A DNA stretch of 64,000 nt from Novosphingobium sp. (GCA_044238415.1 JBIIDJ010000002.1:5669-69668), one strand, 5' to 3'; counted from the stretch's first letter, positions 10,920-20,017 are shown. The notes: a model not told the origin generated them from the letters alone. Program-made: numbers and translations.

Positions 10920-12320
10920 ATGGCTGAATACGACTACGACGTGATCTTCATCGGCGCCGGTCCGGGTGGCTATGTTGGCGCGATCCGCGCGGCTCAGCTG
11001 GGCCTGAAGACAGCCTGCGTGGAAGCCCGCGAAACCCTGGGCGGCACCTGCCTCAACGTAGGCTGCATTCCTTCCAAGGCGCTGCTGCACGGCTCGGAAA
11101 AGTTCGAGGAAGCGGCCAATGGCACTCTTGCCCGGTACGGCGTGAAGCTCGGCAAGGTAGAGCTCGATCTGGCCGCGCTGCAGGCGGACAAGACCGACGC
11201 GGTAAAGGGCCTGACCGGCGGGATCGAGTTCCTGTTCAAGAAGAACAAGGTCGATTGGCTGAAGGGCCACGGCACTTTCAAGGATGCCAACACCGTCACT
11301 GTCGCGGGGAAGGATTACACCGCCAAGGAAGTGGTGATCGCCACTGGCTCCAGCGTGACCCCGCTCCCCGGCGTGGATGTCGACAATGACAAGGGCGTGA
11401 TCGTCGACAGCACCGGTGCCCTGGCGCTGAACAAGGTGCCGGGTCATATGGTCGTAATCGGTGGCGGCGTGATCGGGCTGGAAATGGGCTCAGTCTGGCG
11501 CCGCCTGGGCGCCAAGGTCACCGTGGTCGAATTCCTCGACCAGCTGCTGCCCGGCATGGACATGGATGTCCGCAAGGATGCCGCCAAGATCTTCAAGAAG
11601 CAGGGCATGGAACTGAAGCTGGGCACCAAGGTGACCGGCGCGAGCGTCAAGGGCAAGAAGGCGACGCTGACGCTCGAACCGGCCAAGGGCGGTGCGGCCG
11701 AGACGCTGGAAGCCGATTGCGTGCTGGTCGCCATCGGCCGCCGCCCGAATGTGGCAGGCCTGGGCCTGGAAAACATCGGGCTGGAGCTTAACGCGCGCGG
11801 CCAGATCGAAACCGGGCACGATTTCCGCACCAGCGTTGCAGGCGTGCGCGCCATTGGCGACGTGATTCCCGGCCCGATGCTGGCGCACAAGGCCGAGGAT
11901 GAGGGCATCGCCGTAGCCGAATACATCGCCACCGGCACCGGCATCGTCAATCACGCGGTGATCCCCGGCGTTGTCTATACCACGCCTGAATTCGCCGGTG
12001 TCGGCCTGACCGAGGAGCAGGCCCGCGAGCAGGGTGAGATCAAGGTCGGCAAGTTCCCGATGATGGCCAACAGCCGCGCCAAGACCAATCACGAGCCGGA
12101 CGGCTTCGTGAAAGTGATCGCCGATGCCAAGACCGACAAGGTGCTGGGCGTCTGGGCCATCGCCACGGTGGCCGGGACAATGATTGCCGAAGCAGCCCTG
12201 GCGATGGAATTCGGCGCAACGTCCGAAGATATCGCCTATACGTGCCACGCCCACCCCACGCACAGCGAAGCGGTAAAGGAAGCGGCCATGGCGGTAACCG
12301 GCAAGCCGATCCACATCTGA
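10920..12320 (+). CDS. lpdA: Dihydrolipoyl dehydrogenase (E3)
   Basis: MAEYDYDVIFIGAGPGGY FAD-binding motif, redox-active GGTCLNVGCIPSK, and C-terminal HAHPTHSE. Confidence 0.95.
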   Translation: MAEYDYDVIFIGAGPGGYVGAIRAAQLGLKTACVEARETLGGTCLNVGCIPSKALLHGSEKFEEAANGTLARYGVKLGKVELDLAALQADKTDAVKGLTGGIEFLFKKNKVDWLKGHGTFKDANTVTVAGKDYTAKEVVIATGSSVTPLPGVDVDNDKGVIVDSTGALALNKVPGHMVVIGGGVIGLEMGSVWRRLGAKVTVVEFLDQLLPGMDMDVRKDAAKIFKKQGMELKLGTKVTGASVKGKKATLTLEPAKGGAAETLEADCVLVAIGRRPNVAGLGLENIGLELNARGQIETGHDFRTSVAGVRAIGDVIPGPMLAHKAEDEGIAVAEYIATGTGIVNHAVIPGVVYTTPEFAGVGLTEEQAREQGEIKVGKFPMMANSRAKTNHEPDGFVKVIADAKTDKVLGVWAIATVAGTMIAEAALAMEFGATSEDIAYTCHAHPTHSEAVKEAAMAVTGKPIHI

Positions 12321-12369
12321 TCGCCGGCCGGGCTTGCGATAGTCGCCTCAGGCGGGCCATAGGCTCAAT

Positions 12370-13074
12370 ATGGCCCGTCGTACCCTCATGCAGAAGTTCG
12401 CCCGCTGGCACATCTGGCTCGGGTGGTTGATTGGCGTCCCGCTGCTGCTGTGGACCATGTCCGGCTTGTTCATGGTGTCAAAGCCGATCGACGAAGTGCG
12501 CGGCAAGCATTTGCGGATTGAGCAGCCGGCCGGAACGATGACCGTGGCCTTCGGACCCGAGGGCACGGCTTATACCCTGCGCGAAGGCCGGCTGATCCAG
12601 CAGCGCGGGCGGGCGATCCTGCTGGCCACGCTGCCGGACGGCTCAACCGCGCGCTATGACCTGGCCAATCCCGGCACCGGTCCGCTGCCCCCGGTGGACG
12701 AGGCCGAGGCCCGCGCCGTGGTGGCCGCAGGCATTGTCGGCGGCAAGCAGGTCGTCTCGACCAGGCTGTTTTCCGCAGACCAGTCACCCGCGGATTTCCG
12801 GCACAAGATGGCGGCCTGGCAAGTGGCGCTGGCCGATGGCACCCATGTCTATGTCGGCCGTGACAACGGCCAGATCGAGGCGGTGCGGACGCGCTGGTGG
12901 CGGGTGTTCGATTTCATGTGGGGGCTCCACATCATGGACCTCCAGACGCGCGAGGATACCCATCACCCGATCCTGATCTTCTTTGCCGCTCTCGCGCTGA
13001 CCGGCTGCCTGATCGGCACCGCGCTCTTGTTTCGGCGGCGCAGGCGGCCGATAAGCCGCCGATCCCTCCCCTGA
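12370..13074 (+). CDS. PepSY-associated TM helix / PepSY-domain membrane protein
   Basis: The N-terminus FARWHIWLGWLIGVPLLLWTMSGLFMV is typical of the PepSY_TM family. It also has a C-terminal TM helix and a basic tail. Confidence 0.6.
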   Translation: MARRTLMQKFARWHIWLGWLIGVPLLLWTMSGLFMVSKPIDEVRGKHLRIEQPAGTMTVAFGPEGTAYTLREGRLIQQRGRAILLATLPDGSTARYDLANPGTGPLPPVDEAEARAVVAAGIVGGKQVVSTRLFSADQSPADFRHKMAAWQVALADGTHVYVGRDNGQIEAVRTRWWRVFDFMWGLHIMDLQTREDTHHPILIFFAALALTGCLIGTALLFRRRRRPISRRSLP

Positions 13075-13097
13075 TCCAAACTCGAAGGAACTGCTCC

Positions 13098-13301
13098 ATG
13101 TCCAAGGCCCTGACCGTCAAGCTGACCAGTGACGAGATCGAGATGCTGGTCGACGCGCTGGAAGCCGACATGGAAGGCTATGTCGAAGCCGCCAAGGAAG
13201 CCCGCGCCAACAACAAGCGCGACGATGTGAACACCTTCACCGAGGCGGCCACCCGCATCCAGACGCTGATGAGCAAGCTGCAGGACCTGATCGACGAATG
13301 A
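13098..13301 (+). CDS. Small acidic helical hypothetical protein (67 aa)
   Basis: MSKALTVKLTSDEIEMLVDALEADMEGYVEAAKEARANNKRDD... Its stop overlaps the next gene's start in an ATGA junction at 13298-13301, indicating translational coupling. Confidence 0.55.
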   Translation: MSKALTVKLTSDEIEMLVDALEADMEGYVEAAKEARANNKRDDVNTFTEAATRIQTLMSKLQDLIDE

Positions 13302-14683
13302 AGGCCACCCGCCGCTTAGCCCTGGCCGGTGCGGCCGCCGGGGCCGCGGGACTGCTGCTGCCCGGCCGCGCGCTGGCGCAGACCGGGTTTGATGGCGACT
13401 ACGGCGGCGTGCTGGACGTGGGCGCAGCCAAGCTCCGGCTGCGGCTGGTCGTCGCCGGCGACACGGTAACGCTCTACAGCCTTGACCAGGGCAATGCCGC
13501 AATCCGCGCCACTCAGGTTGAACGCAAGGGGGACTGGCTCCATGTCGATTTCGCGCCGATTTCGGCGCGGTTCGAGGGTCAGCTTGCCGGGAGCACGTTG
13601 ACCGGCCGGTTCATCCAGGGTCAGGCTTTCCCGCTCAAGCTGGAACGCGGCGTGATACCGGCAGACACCGCCGATATTGCGGCGCTGGCTCAGGGCACGA
13701 TGAGCCCGGCGCTGCTGCGCCGCATCCGTGAGCGGCTGGGCACCCCGGCGATGGCAGTCGGCTGGGAGCGTCCGGTGGCCTATCCCACGCTGCTGGTCGA
13801 TGGCCGCCGCACCGCCAGCCTGCCCGATCCGGTTCGCCCTGACGATCGCTGGCACATCGGCTCGATCACCAAATCGTTCACGGCCACGCTGTTTGCCCGC
13901 GCCGTGGAGGGCGGCGCGATCCGCTGGGACACGCCGCTGGGCAAACGGCTGAAGCAGGTCCCCCCGCACTATGCCGACCTGACGGCGATCGAACTGTTGA
14001 GCCACAACGGCGGCCTGCCGGCCAATATCCCGCTGCCCGAACTGCTGGCGCTGCCACGGTTCGAAACCGACCCGCGCGTCAGCCGCCGCCGCTATGTCGC
14101 GCTGGCGCTGGCCCAGCCCCCGGCCGCCGCGCCGCGCACCCAATTCCTCTACAGCAACGTCGGCTATGTCCTGGTCGGGGCCATGCTCGAGGCGGCGACC
14201 AGGCGCTCGTGGGAAGACCTGCTGCAACGCGAGGTGCTGATCCCGCTCGGGTTGAGCAGCGCTGGCCATGGCCCGCCGGGCAAGGTCGACCTGATTGACC
14301 AGCCGCGCGGCCATGGCGGTGGCCAGCCGGTGTGGCTCGACAATCCTTCCGCCATGGGCCCGGCCGGGCGCCTGCACATGGCCGCCAGAGACTTGCTGGC
14401 CTGGCTTTCCACCCATCGCGACCAGCCGCAGGGCTTCCTTTCGTCGGCTGCCTGGCGTGAGCTTCACACGCCGCGCTTTGGCGGCAGCTATGCGCTTGGC
14501 TGGTTCGTCGGGCCCGATGGCAGCCTGTGGCACAACGGCTCCAACACGGCCTGGTACGCCGAGGCTGCGATTGACGCGGGAACCGGGCTTGCCTCGGTGG
14601 TCTGCGCCAACGACACGGCGCTGATCAGCCGCCAGCGCGCCTTGCTGCCAGCGATCCGCCGCGCCGCCAGGGTCGCCCGGTGA
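13298..14683 (+). CDS. Serine hydrolase, beta-lactamase (class C-related) family, exported
   Basis: Tat/Sec-like signal MKATRRLALAGAAAGAAGLLLPGRALAQ. S-x-x-K active-site motif in HIGSITKSFTATL, and a YSNVGY (Y-x-N) motif. Confidence 0.8.
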   Translation: MKATRRLALAGAAAGAAGLLLPGRALAQTGFDGDYGGVLDVGAAKLRLRLVVAGDTVTLYSLDQGNAAIRATQVERKGDWLHVDFAPISARFEGQLAGSTLTGRFIQGQAFPLKLERGVIPADTADIAALAQGTMSPALLRRIRERLGTPAMAVGWERPVAYPTLLVDGRRTASLPDPVRPDDRWHIGSITKSFTATLFARAVEGGAIRWDTPLGKRLKQVPPHYADLTAIELLSHNGGLPANIPLPELLALPRFETDPRVSRRRYVALALAQPPAAAPRTQFLYSNVGYVLVGAMLEAATRRSWEDLLQREVLIPLGLSSAGHGPPGKVDLIDQPRGHGGGQPVWLDNPSAMGPAGRLHMAARDLLAWLSTHRDQPQGFLSSAAWRELHTPRFGGSYALGWFVGPDGSLWHNGSNTAWYAEAAIDAGTGLASVVCANDTALISRQRALLPAIRRAARVAR

Positions 14684-15309
14684 GTACCGCCACCGCCCTT
14701 CCCACGCTGCCGCCGCTGCTGGACCTGCTGGGCATTGCAGTTTTCGCCCTATCGGGCGCGCTGCTGGCGGCGCGGCTGCGACAGACCTTTGTGACCATGG
14801 CGTTCTTTGCCCTGGTCACCGGCGTCGGCGGCGGAACGGTGCGTGACCTGCTGATCGGCGCGCCGGTGTTCTGGGTGCGCGATCCGTGGGTCGCCCCGGT
14901 CTGTCTGGGCGTGGCGCTGCTGGCCTGGTTCACCCCGCGCAAGTGGTGGGAAGGCCAGTTGCTGGAGTGGGCCGATGCGGCAGGTCTGGCGGTCTATGCC
15001 GTGCTCGGCACGGCCAAGGGGCTGGTCTATGGCCTGCCGCCGGTGCCGGCGATCCTGATGGGGGTCATCACCGGCTGCGTTGGCGGGATTATCCGCGATG
15101 TGCTGGCCGGGCGCCCTTCGATCCTGATGCGGCCCGAACTTTACGTGACCGCCGCCGCCCTTGCGGCCAGCCTCTGCGCCCTGGGCGAGGTGCTGGCTCT
15201 GCCGCGCGAGCTGGCCTGGTCAGGTGCCGTGCTGGCCGGCTTTGCCCTGCGTGGCTGGGCGATCCATTCAGGGCTCGCCCTGCCCGCCTATGGCCGCGAC
15301 AAGGCTTAG
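14680..15309 (+). CDS. Trimeric intracellular cation channel (TRIC/UPF0126, YadS-like) family membrane protein
   Basis: Two UPF0126 repeats (AVFALSGALLAAR...GVGGGTVRDLL and VLGTAKG...GCVGGIIRDVL). The GTG start overlaps the previous stop in a GTGA junction. Confidence 0.8.
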   Translation: MSTATALPTLPPLLDLLGIAVFALSGALLAARLRQTFVTMAFFALVTGVGGGTVRDLLIGAPVFWVRDPWVAPVCLGVALLAWFTPRKWWEGQLLEWADAAGLAVYAVLGTAKGLVYGLPPVPAILMGVITGCVGGIIRDVLAGRPSILMRPELYVTAAALAASLCALGEVLALPRELAWSGAVLAGFALRGWAIHSGLALPAYGRDKA

Positions 15310-15326
15310 GCTTAGGCTTAGGCTTG
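15303..15326. repeat. Hexanucleotide microsatellite (GGCTTA)x3 plus one imperfect copy
   Basis: The sequence ggcttaggcttaggcttaggcttg begins inside the last codons and stop of the TRIC gene and fills the spacer to the convergent hydrolase gene. Confidence 0.9.
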
Positions 15327-15336
15327 GGATCAGGAC

Positions 15337-16182
15337 CTAGACCGGCGGCATCACCCGGCGCAGGAATTCGATCACCGCGCCGTTGAACTCATCGTTCTTG
15401 TCGCCCGCCACCATGTGCCCGGCGCCGCGGATATCGGCAATTTCCAGTTTGGGAATGCGGCGGCGCAAATCTTCAACACCATCATCGTCGACAATATCGC
15501 TCTTCATCCCGCGCACCAGCAGCGTTGGAATCCGATCGGTCCAGTCAGCCGCGTCCATCAGCTTCAGAAGATAGCGCGGATCGCCCCGCGGAGATTGCAT
15601 CCAGCTGGGATCCCAGTGCCAGCGCCAGCGCCCGTCAGCACCCTGCCGCAGGTTCTTTTTCAGCCCGGACAGATCCTTGGGCCGGGGCCGGTCCGGATAA
15701 TAGGCGCTGATCGCATCAGCCGCATCGTCCAGACTGGCAAACCCATCGGGATTCGCGGTCATAAAGGCGGTGATCTTGGCCACGCCCTTGGGCGACATCT
15801 TGGGGACGATATCGACCAACACCAGCGCCGCCGGATCAAGCCCGCGCGAGGCCGCTACCATCGCCGTGATCCCGCCCAGCGAGGCCCCGACCAGGGCAAA
15901 GGGCCGGCTGCCCTGCGCCGCAACCGCTGCCAAATCGTCTGCCCTTGTTTCGAGGCTGTAATCGCCATCTGTAGACCAGTCGCTGTCACCATGCCCGCGC
16001 AGGTCGTAATTGACCGCGAAATACCCGGCATTGGCCAGCTGCTGTTCGGCCTTGTCCCACGAATGGCGGGTCTGGCCGCCGCCGTGGCCCAGCACCACCG
16101 TCGGCGCGCCGCGCGGGCCGGCAATATCCGCTGCCAGGGTAAGGCCCCCGGCGATCGGAATGCGAATTGTTTCCCCCGTCAT
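15337..16182 (-). CDS. Alpha/beta-fold hydrolase
   Basis: HGGGQTRHSW oxyanion region, nucleophile elbow GASLGG, and C-terminal GAGHMV. Confidence 0.85.
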   Translation of the reverse strand: MTGETIRIPIAGGLTLAADIAGPRGAPTVVLGHGGGQTRHSWDKAEQQLANAGYFAVNYDLRGHGDSDWSTDGDYSLETRADDLAAVAAQGSRPFALVGASLGGITAMVAASRGLDPAALVLVDIVPKMSPKGVAKITAFMTANPDGFASLDDAADAISAYYPDRPRPKDLSGLKKNLRQGADGRWRWHWDPSWMQSPRGDPRYLLKLMDAADWTDRIPTLLVRGMKSDIVDDDGVEDLRRRIPKLEIADIRGAGHMVAGDKNDEFNGAVIEFLRRVMPPV

Positions 16183-16222
16183 AGGTTGCCGGGATGGCCG
16201 AGCGCCCTGCCCGGGTCAACCG

Positions 16223-16246
16223 CAATTTAAACGTTCGCTTAAATTG
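16223..16246. promoter_or_regulatory. AT-rich perfect inverted repeat CAATTTAA-N8-TTAAATTG (candidate operator)
   Basis: The arms are 8 bp, perfect and AT-only, in a ~65% GC genome. The repeat is centred in the 130-bp divergent intergenic region between the alpha/beta hydrolase and the amidohydrolase. Confidence 0.4.
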
Positions 16247-16312
16247 GTGGACGGCCCCGTTGCGCTGTCGGACCGCGAGCGATAGGTTCGGTCCAAGAGG
16301 AGAGAAAATACC

Positions 16313-17602
16313 ATGCGTCTTGCCCCCCTTGCGATCGCCGCCACCCTGCTCAGCGGCACCAGCGCGCTGGCCGCACCGACCTATATCCACGCGGGAACGG
16401 TGATCGCAGTGCCCGGCCAAACGCCGCGCGGCGCCACCACCATTGTGGTCGACGAGGGCCGCATCGTCTCGGTGCAGGATGGCTTCGTCCCGGCCCCGGC
16501 CGGAGCCGTAACGATCGATCTCAAGGACAAGACCGTGCTGCCCGGCCTGATCGACAGCCACGTCCACCTTGCCAGCGATCGCGGCGGCAATGAGCGGCTG
16601 ATCGGCGCAATGACCGACAGCCTGCCGCTCAACGCCTATGAAACCTATTGGAATGGCATGAAGACGCTGCGCGCGGGCTTCACCACGGTGCGCAACCTGG
16701 GTGACGACAAGGGCAAGGTGCTGGCGCTGAAGGAAGCAATCAAGCGCGGCTGGGTCCAGGGTCCGCGCATTCTGGACGCCGGTGAATCGATCTCCACCAC
16801 GGGTGGCCACATGGATGGCCGGGTCGGCCTGTCCGAAGACATGCACGCGCACATCAGCACCGAAAACCTCTGCGACGGGGTTGACGATTGCCGCAAGGCC
16901 GTGCGCCGCCAGATCGGCCGGGGCGCAGACGTGATCAAGTTTGCCACGACCGGCGGGGTCAACTCCGGGACTGGCCTGGCCACCCGGATGTTCGATGACG
17001 AGGCCAAGGCGCTGATCGAAACCGCCCATGCCTATGGCCGCAAGGTTGCCGTGCATGCCCATGGGCTCGACGGGATCAAGCTGGCGATCCGCGCGGGCGC
17101 GGACTCAATCGAGCACGGCACCACGATCGACGAGGAAGCGGCCAAGATGATGGCCAAGGCCGGGACCTATTACGTGCCAACGCTCAGCACGGTGAACGGC
17201 TATCTGGAGCGGCTCGCCGCCAATCCCAATGCCTATCCCCCGGCGATCAAGGCCCAGATTGACTGGCGCATCGGCATTACCGGCAAGAGCCTGCAAATCG
17301 CCTATCCGTTGGGCGTCAAGATCGCCTATGGCACCGATGCCGGCCCGTCCAAGCACGGCCGCAACGCCGATGAGTTCGAGCTACTGGTCAAGTTTGGCAT
17401 GCCCCCGGTCGAAGCGCTCAAGGCTGCCACGGTCAACGCTGCGGCGCTGCTGGGCGTGGACAGGGAAACCGGCACGCTTGAACCGGGCAAGGCCGCCGAC
17501 ATTGTTGCCGTCAGCGGCAACCCGCTGGCGGATGTAAAAGTGCTGAAGGCCATGAAGTTCGTGATGGCCCGCGGGCAGGTGGTGCTGGCACCCGGATCCT
17601 AA
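16313..17602 (+). CDS. Amidohydrolase-family metallo-hydrolase, exported
   Basis: Signal peptide MRLAPLAIAATLLSGTSALAAP. Metal-binding LPGLIDSHVHL motif, and later VAVHAHG and YGTDAG blocks. GAGGAGAG SD. Confidence 0.85.
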   Translation: MRLAPLAIAATLLSGTSALAAPTYIHAGTVIAVPGQTPRGATTIVVDEGRIVSVQDGFVPAPAGAVTIDLKDKTVLPGLIDSHVHLASDRGGNERLIGAMTDSLPLNAYETYWNGMKTLRAGFTTVRNLGDDKGKVLALKEAIKRGWVQGPRILDAGESISTTGGHMDGRVGLSEDMHAHISTENLCDGVDDCRKAVRRQIGRGADVIKFATTGGVNSGTGLATRMFDDEAKALIETAHAYGRKVAVHAHGLDGIKLAIRAGADSIEHGTTIDEEAAKMMAKAGTYYVPTLSTVNGYLERLAANPNAYPPAIKAQIDWRIGITGKSLQIAYPLGVKIAYGTDAGPSKHGRNADEFELLVKFGMPPVEALKAATVNAAALLGVDRETGTLEPGKAADIVAVSGNPLADVKVLKAMKFVMARGQVVLAPGS

Positions 17603-17645
17603 CACGGCAATGAACCGATTTGCCCGTTGGCGCCACTAAGCGGCG

Positions 17646-17817
17646 ATGACGGACAAACTGCTACTGCGTTCCCCAATCCGGCTCTTGCTCGATGAATACG
17701 TGGCAATTGCCGCACAAGGTTGGAACCGGGAAGCCATGGGTCAGCTCGACCTATAGGCGCCGCGACCTGCGCGAGCCGGTGATCTTCCGCGCCTGGTCTT
17801 ACCGCATTGTGAACTGA
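17646..17817 (+). pseudogene. Possible relic of an ECF sigma-70 factor gene (N-terminal ~55 codons, interrupted)
   Basis: ATG 17646 gives MTDKLLLRSPIRLLLDEYVAIAAQGWNREAMGQLDL then a stop. A +1 shift then continues RRDLREPVIFRAWSYRIVN before another stop. This resembles ECF region 2 signatures (AxxGDxxAFxxL ... FxAWLYRIxxN). It lies in a 283-bp lower-GC gap. The call rests on weak motif matches only. Confidence 0.2.
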
Positions 17818-17885
17818 CAGGGGGCAAGTGGTTCCGTACCAGTGTGGCCGAACCCGCCAGAATTGCCATTAGCGCGGCAGAGCGA

Positions 17886-18674
17886 TTAGCGCTCTGTCAG
17901 GAATGCGACCAGCGCTTTGACCTTCTTCTGGCGCCACTGCGGCAGCGGAGCGACCAGCCAGTAGCCATGGCGACCGGGCACAAAATCTCCCAGCGCGGCG
18001 ATCCGGCCGTTCTGCTGCCATGATTGGGCCAGCAAGGCGGGCACACGCGCGCGGCCCATGCCGGCTGCGGCGGCGGCAATCGCCTGGCCGGCATCGCCAA
18101 CGCTGAGCGGCGGCGCAGCGCAATCGTCACCTTCCGGGCTGGCATCCCCCGGCCAGGCAATCCAGCAGCCCTCACCCACGGTGACCCGGCCCGGCTCGCC
18201 CAGCGGCACGCCTTCCAGATCGCCCGGCCCTTCGGCCCAGCGCACCGCAAGGTCGAGGTTCGCCTCGGTAAAGTCTGCCTCTTCATTGGCGACCAGGGCA
18301 AACTGCACTTCGGGATTGGCCTTGCGGAACGCGGCCAGTCGCGGCGCCAGCCAGGCGGCGAAGAATTCGCGGGGGGCGGCGATGGTGTAGACGTGGCTGG
18401 ACTGGCCGGCCTGCATGGCACGAACCGCATCCTCGAAATGGAGGAACCCGGTGCGCAGCGATTCAAGCCCGGCCGCCGCCTCGTCCGTCAGTTCCAGCCC
18501 CTTGGGTGTGCGGCGGAACAGCACCACGCCCAGCAGATCTTCCAGTGCGCGGATCTGTTGGCCGACGGCGGCGGGCGTCACCGCCAACTCATCCGCAGCG
18601 CGCGTAAAGGACAGATGCCGGGCAGCGGCATCGAAAACGCGCAGGGCGTTAAGAGGCAGATGGGTGCGCTTCAT
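17886..18674 (-). CDS. LysR-family transcriptional regulator (GcvA-like)
   Basis: N-terminal HTH LNALRVFDAAARHLSFTRAADELAVTPAAVGQQIRALEDLLGVVLFRR. At 262 aa it is short for the family, but the C-terminus looks intact. Confidence 0.85.
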   Translation of the reverse strand: MKRTHLPLNALRVFDAAARHLSFTRAADELAVTPAAVGQQIRALEDLLGVVLFRRTPKGLELTDEAAAGLESLRTGFLHFEDAVRAMQAGQSSHVYTIAAPREFFAAWLAPRLAAFRKANPEVQFALVANEEADFTEANLDLAVRWAEGPGDLEGVPLGEPGRVTVGEGCWIAWPGDASPEGDDCAAPPLSVGDAGQAIAAAAAGMGRARVPALLAQSWQQNGRIAALGDFVPGRHGYWLVAPLPQWRQKKVKALVAFLTER

Positions 18675-18686
18675 TGCGCCAGCCCC

Positions 18687-19085
18687 TTAGCCTGCCGTGG
18701 CAGGGGCCGCCAGCGGGAAGAACGGAATGGCCGCCTCCATCAACGAGCCATCTTCGCAGCGGAAGGTGTAGAACCCTTCCATCGAGCCGTGGGGGGTACC
18801 GAGCGGGCAGCCCGAGACATAGTCATGGCTTTCGCCCGGAGCCAGGACAGGCTGTTCACCGACCACGCCTTCGCCCTCGACGAAATTGATCATGCCCCGC
18901 CCATCCGTGATCCGCCAGTGCCGGGTGAGCAGCTGCACGGCCTGGTCGGCGTGGTTTTCAATCCGGATGTGATAGACCCAGAACCACTTGCCCGCTTCCA
19001 CGCGCGACTGTTCCGGCAAAAAATTGACCGCGACACGCACGGTGATGCCGTCGCTGGTGGCGGCGTGCTGGAACAGTTCCTTCAT
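18687..19085 (-). CDS. apaG: ApaG (DUF525) protein
   Basis: MKELFQHAATSDGITVRVAVNFLPEQSRVEAGKWFWVYHIRIENHADQAVQLLTRHWRITDGRG... is a typical ApaG of 132 aa. The track ORF's 5' extension to 19532 overlaps the EamA gene and is rejected. Confidence 0.9.
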   Translation of the reverse strand: MKELFQHAATSDGITVRVAVNFLPEQSRVEAGKWFWVYHIRIENHADQAVQLLTRHWRITDGRGMINFVEGEGVVGEQPVLAPGESHDYVSGCPLGTPHGSMEGFYTFRCEDGSLMEAAIPFFPLAAPATAG

Positions 19086-19123
19086 GCCGGGCAAAGTAGC
19101 GATTGACCGGCCGGGCGACAAGA

Positions 19124-19996
19124 TCATGACTGCGCCAGCAGCACCACCCCGGCCACCATCAAGGCACAGCCAGCCAACCGGGCGCGGCCAACCGGCTCGC
19201 GCAGCAGGACCATGCCGATCAGCGCGACCAGCATCATCGACATTTCCCGCATCGGGGCGACCACGCTGAGCGGCGCGCCCTGCTGCATGGCCCAGAGAAT
19301 GAGGATGTAACCAAAGGGGGCAAGCAGGGCGACCGTCCAGGCACTGGTCCAGTGACCGCGCATGGTTTCGGTCGCTCCGGCACGATCGCGCAGGACCTGC
19401 GGCGCGAGCAGCATGGTCCGTACGACATTGGCGCCCCAATCGAGCACCACGGGCGAGAGCAACAGAAGTTTGACCGCCGAGCCATCGACCAGCGTGTAAG
19501 TCGCGATCAGGCCGCCGGTCAGCATGCCCCACTTGAGCCCCGCGAGCGCTCCGGGCCGGGCAAAGGTGCTGAACCGGCCGTCGGTGGCGATCAGCAGGAT
19601 GCCGCCGACCACGCCAAGCAGGCCCAGCAGGCGCAGCGGCCCCGGCTCCTCACCCAACAGCAGGAAGGCACCAAGCGAGGAAAGCAGCGGACCGGTGCCC
19701 CGCGCGATCGGATAGACCACCGAGAGGTCGGCCTTGCGGTAGCCCGTCTGGAGCGCGTAGCTATAGGCGAGGTGGAGGCAGCCGCTGGCGACAATCGCTG
19801 CCAGCATCGGCCAAGCCCAGCGAAAGTCGTCGCCCGCCATGATCCACAGCGCCCATGGCGCGAAAATGATCGAAGACAGCAGCGTCGACCAGAACAGGAA
19901 GACCCCACCGGCATGCGCCGAGCGCTTGGCGGCGAGGTTCCAGGTGGCGTGACAGACCGCTGCCAGCAGGACCAGCAGCAGCGAAAGGCTATCCAA
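19124..19996 (-). CDS. DMT superfamily (EamA-like) transporter
   Basis: About 10 TM segments. The N-terminus LLVLLAAVCHATWNLAAKR is typical of EamA-domain proteins. Confidence 0.8.
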   Translation of the reverse strand: MDSLSLLLVLLAAVCHATWNLAAKRSAHAGGVFLFWSTLLSSIIFAPWALWIMAGDDFRWAWPMLAAIVASGCLHLAYSYALQTGYRKADLSVVYPIARGTGPLLSSLGAFLLLGEEPGPLRLLGLLGVVGGILLIATDGRFSTFARPGALAGLKWGMLTGGLIATYTLVDGSAVKLLLLSPVVLDWGANVVRTMLLAPQVLRDRAGATETMRGHWTSAWTVALLAPFGYILILWAMQQGAPLSVVAPMREMSMMLVALIGMVLLREPVGRARLAGCALMVAGVVLLAQS

Positions 19997-20017
19997 GTTT
20001 CAAGATCCGCCCAAGCG

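Noticed and set aside
18687-19532. The 281-aa version of the ApaG ORF, and likewise the N-terminal extensions of ORFs 20888..22588, 23715..25133, 27559..28863, 54985..57018, 57025..57684 and 58167..59948.
   Set aside because: The extensions overlap neighbouring genes or are Arg/Pro-rich junk. Internal starts with SD sequences give proteins with normal N-termini, signal peptides and family-typical lengths.
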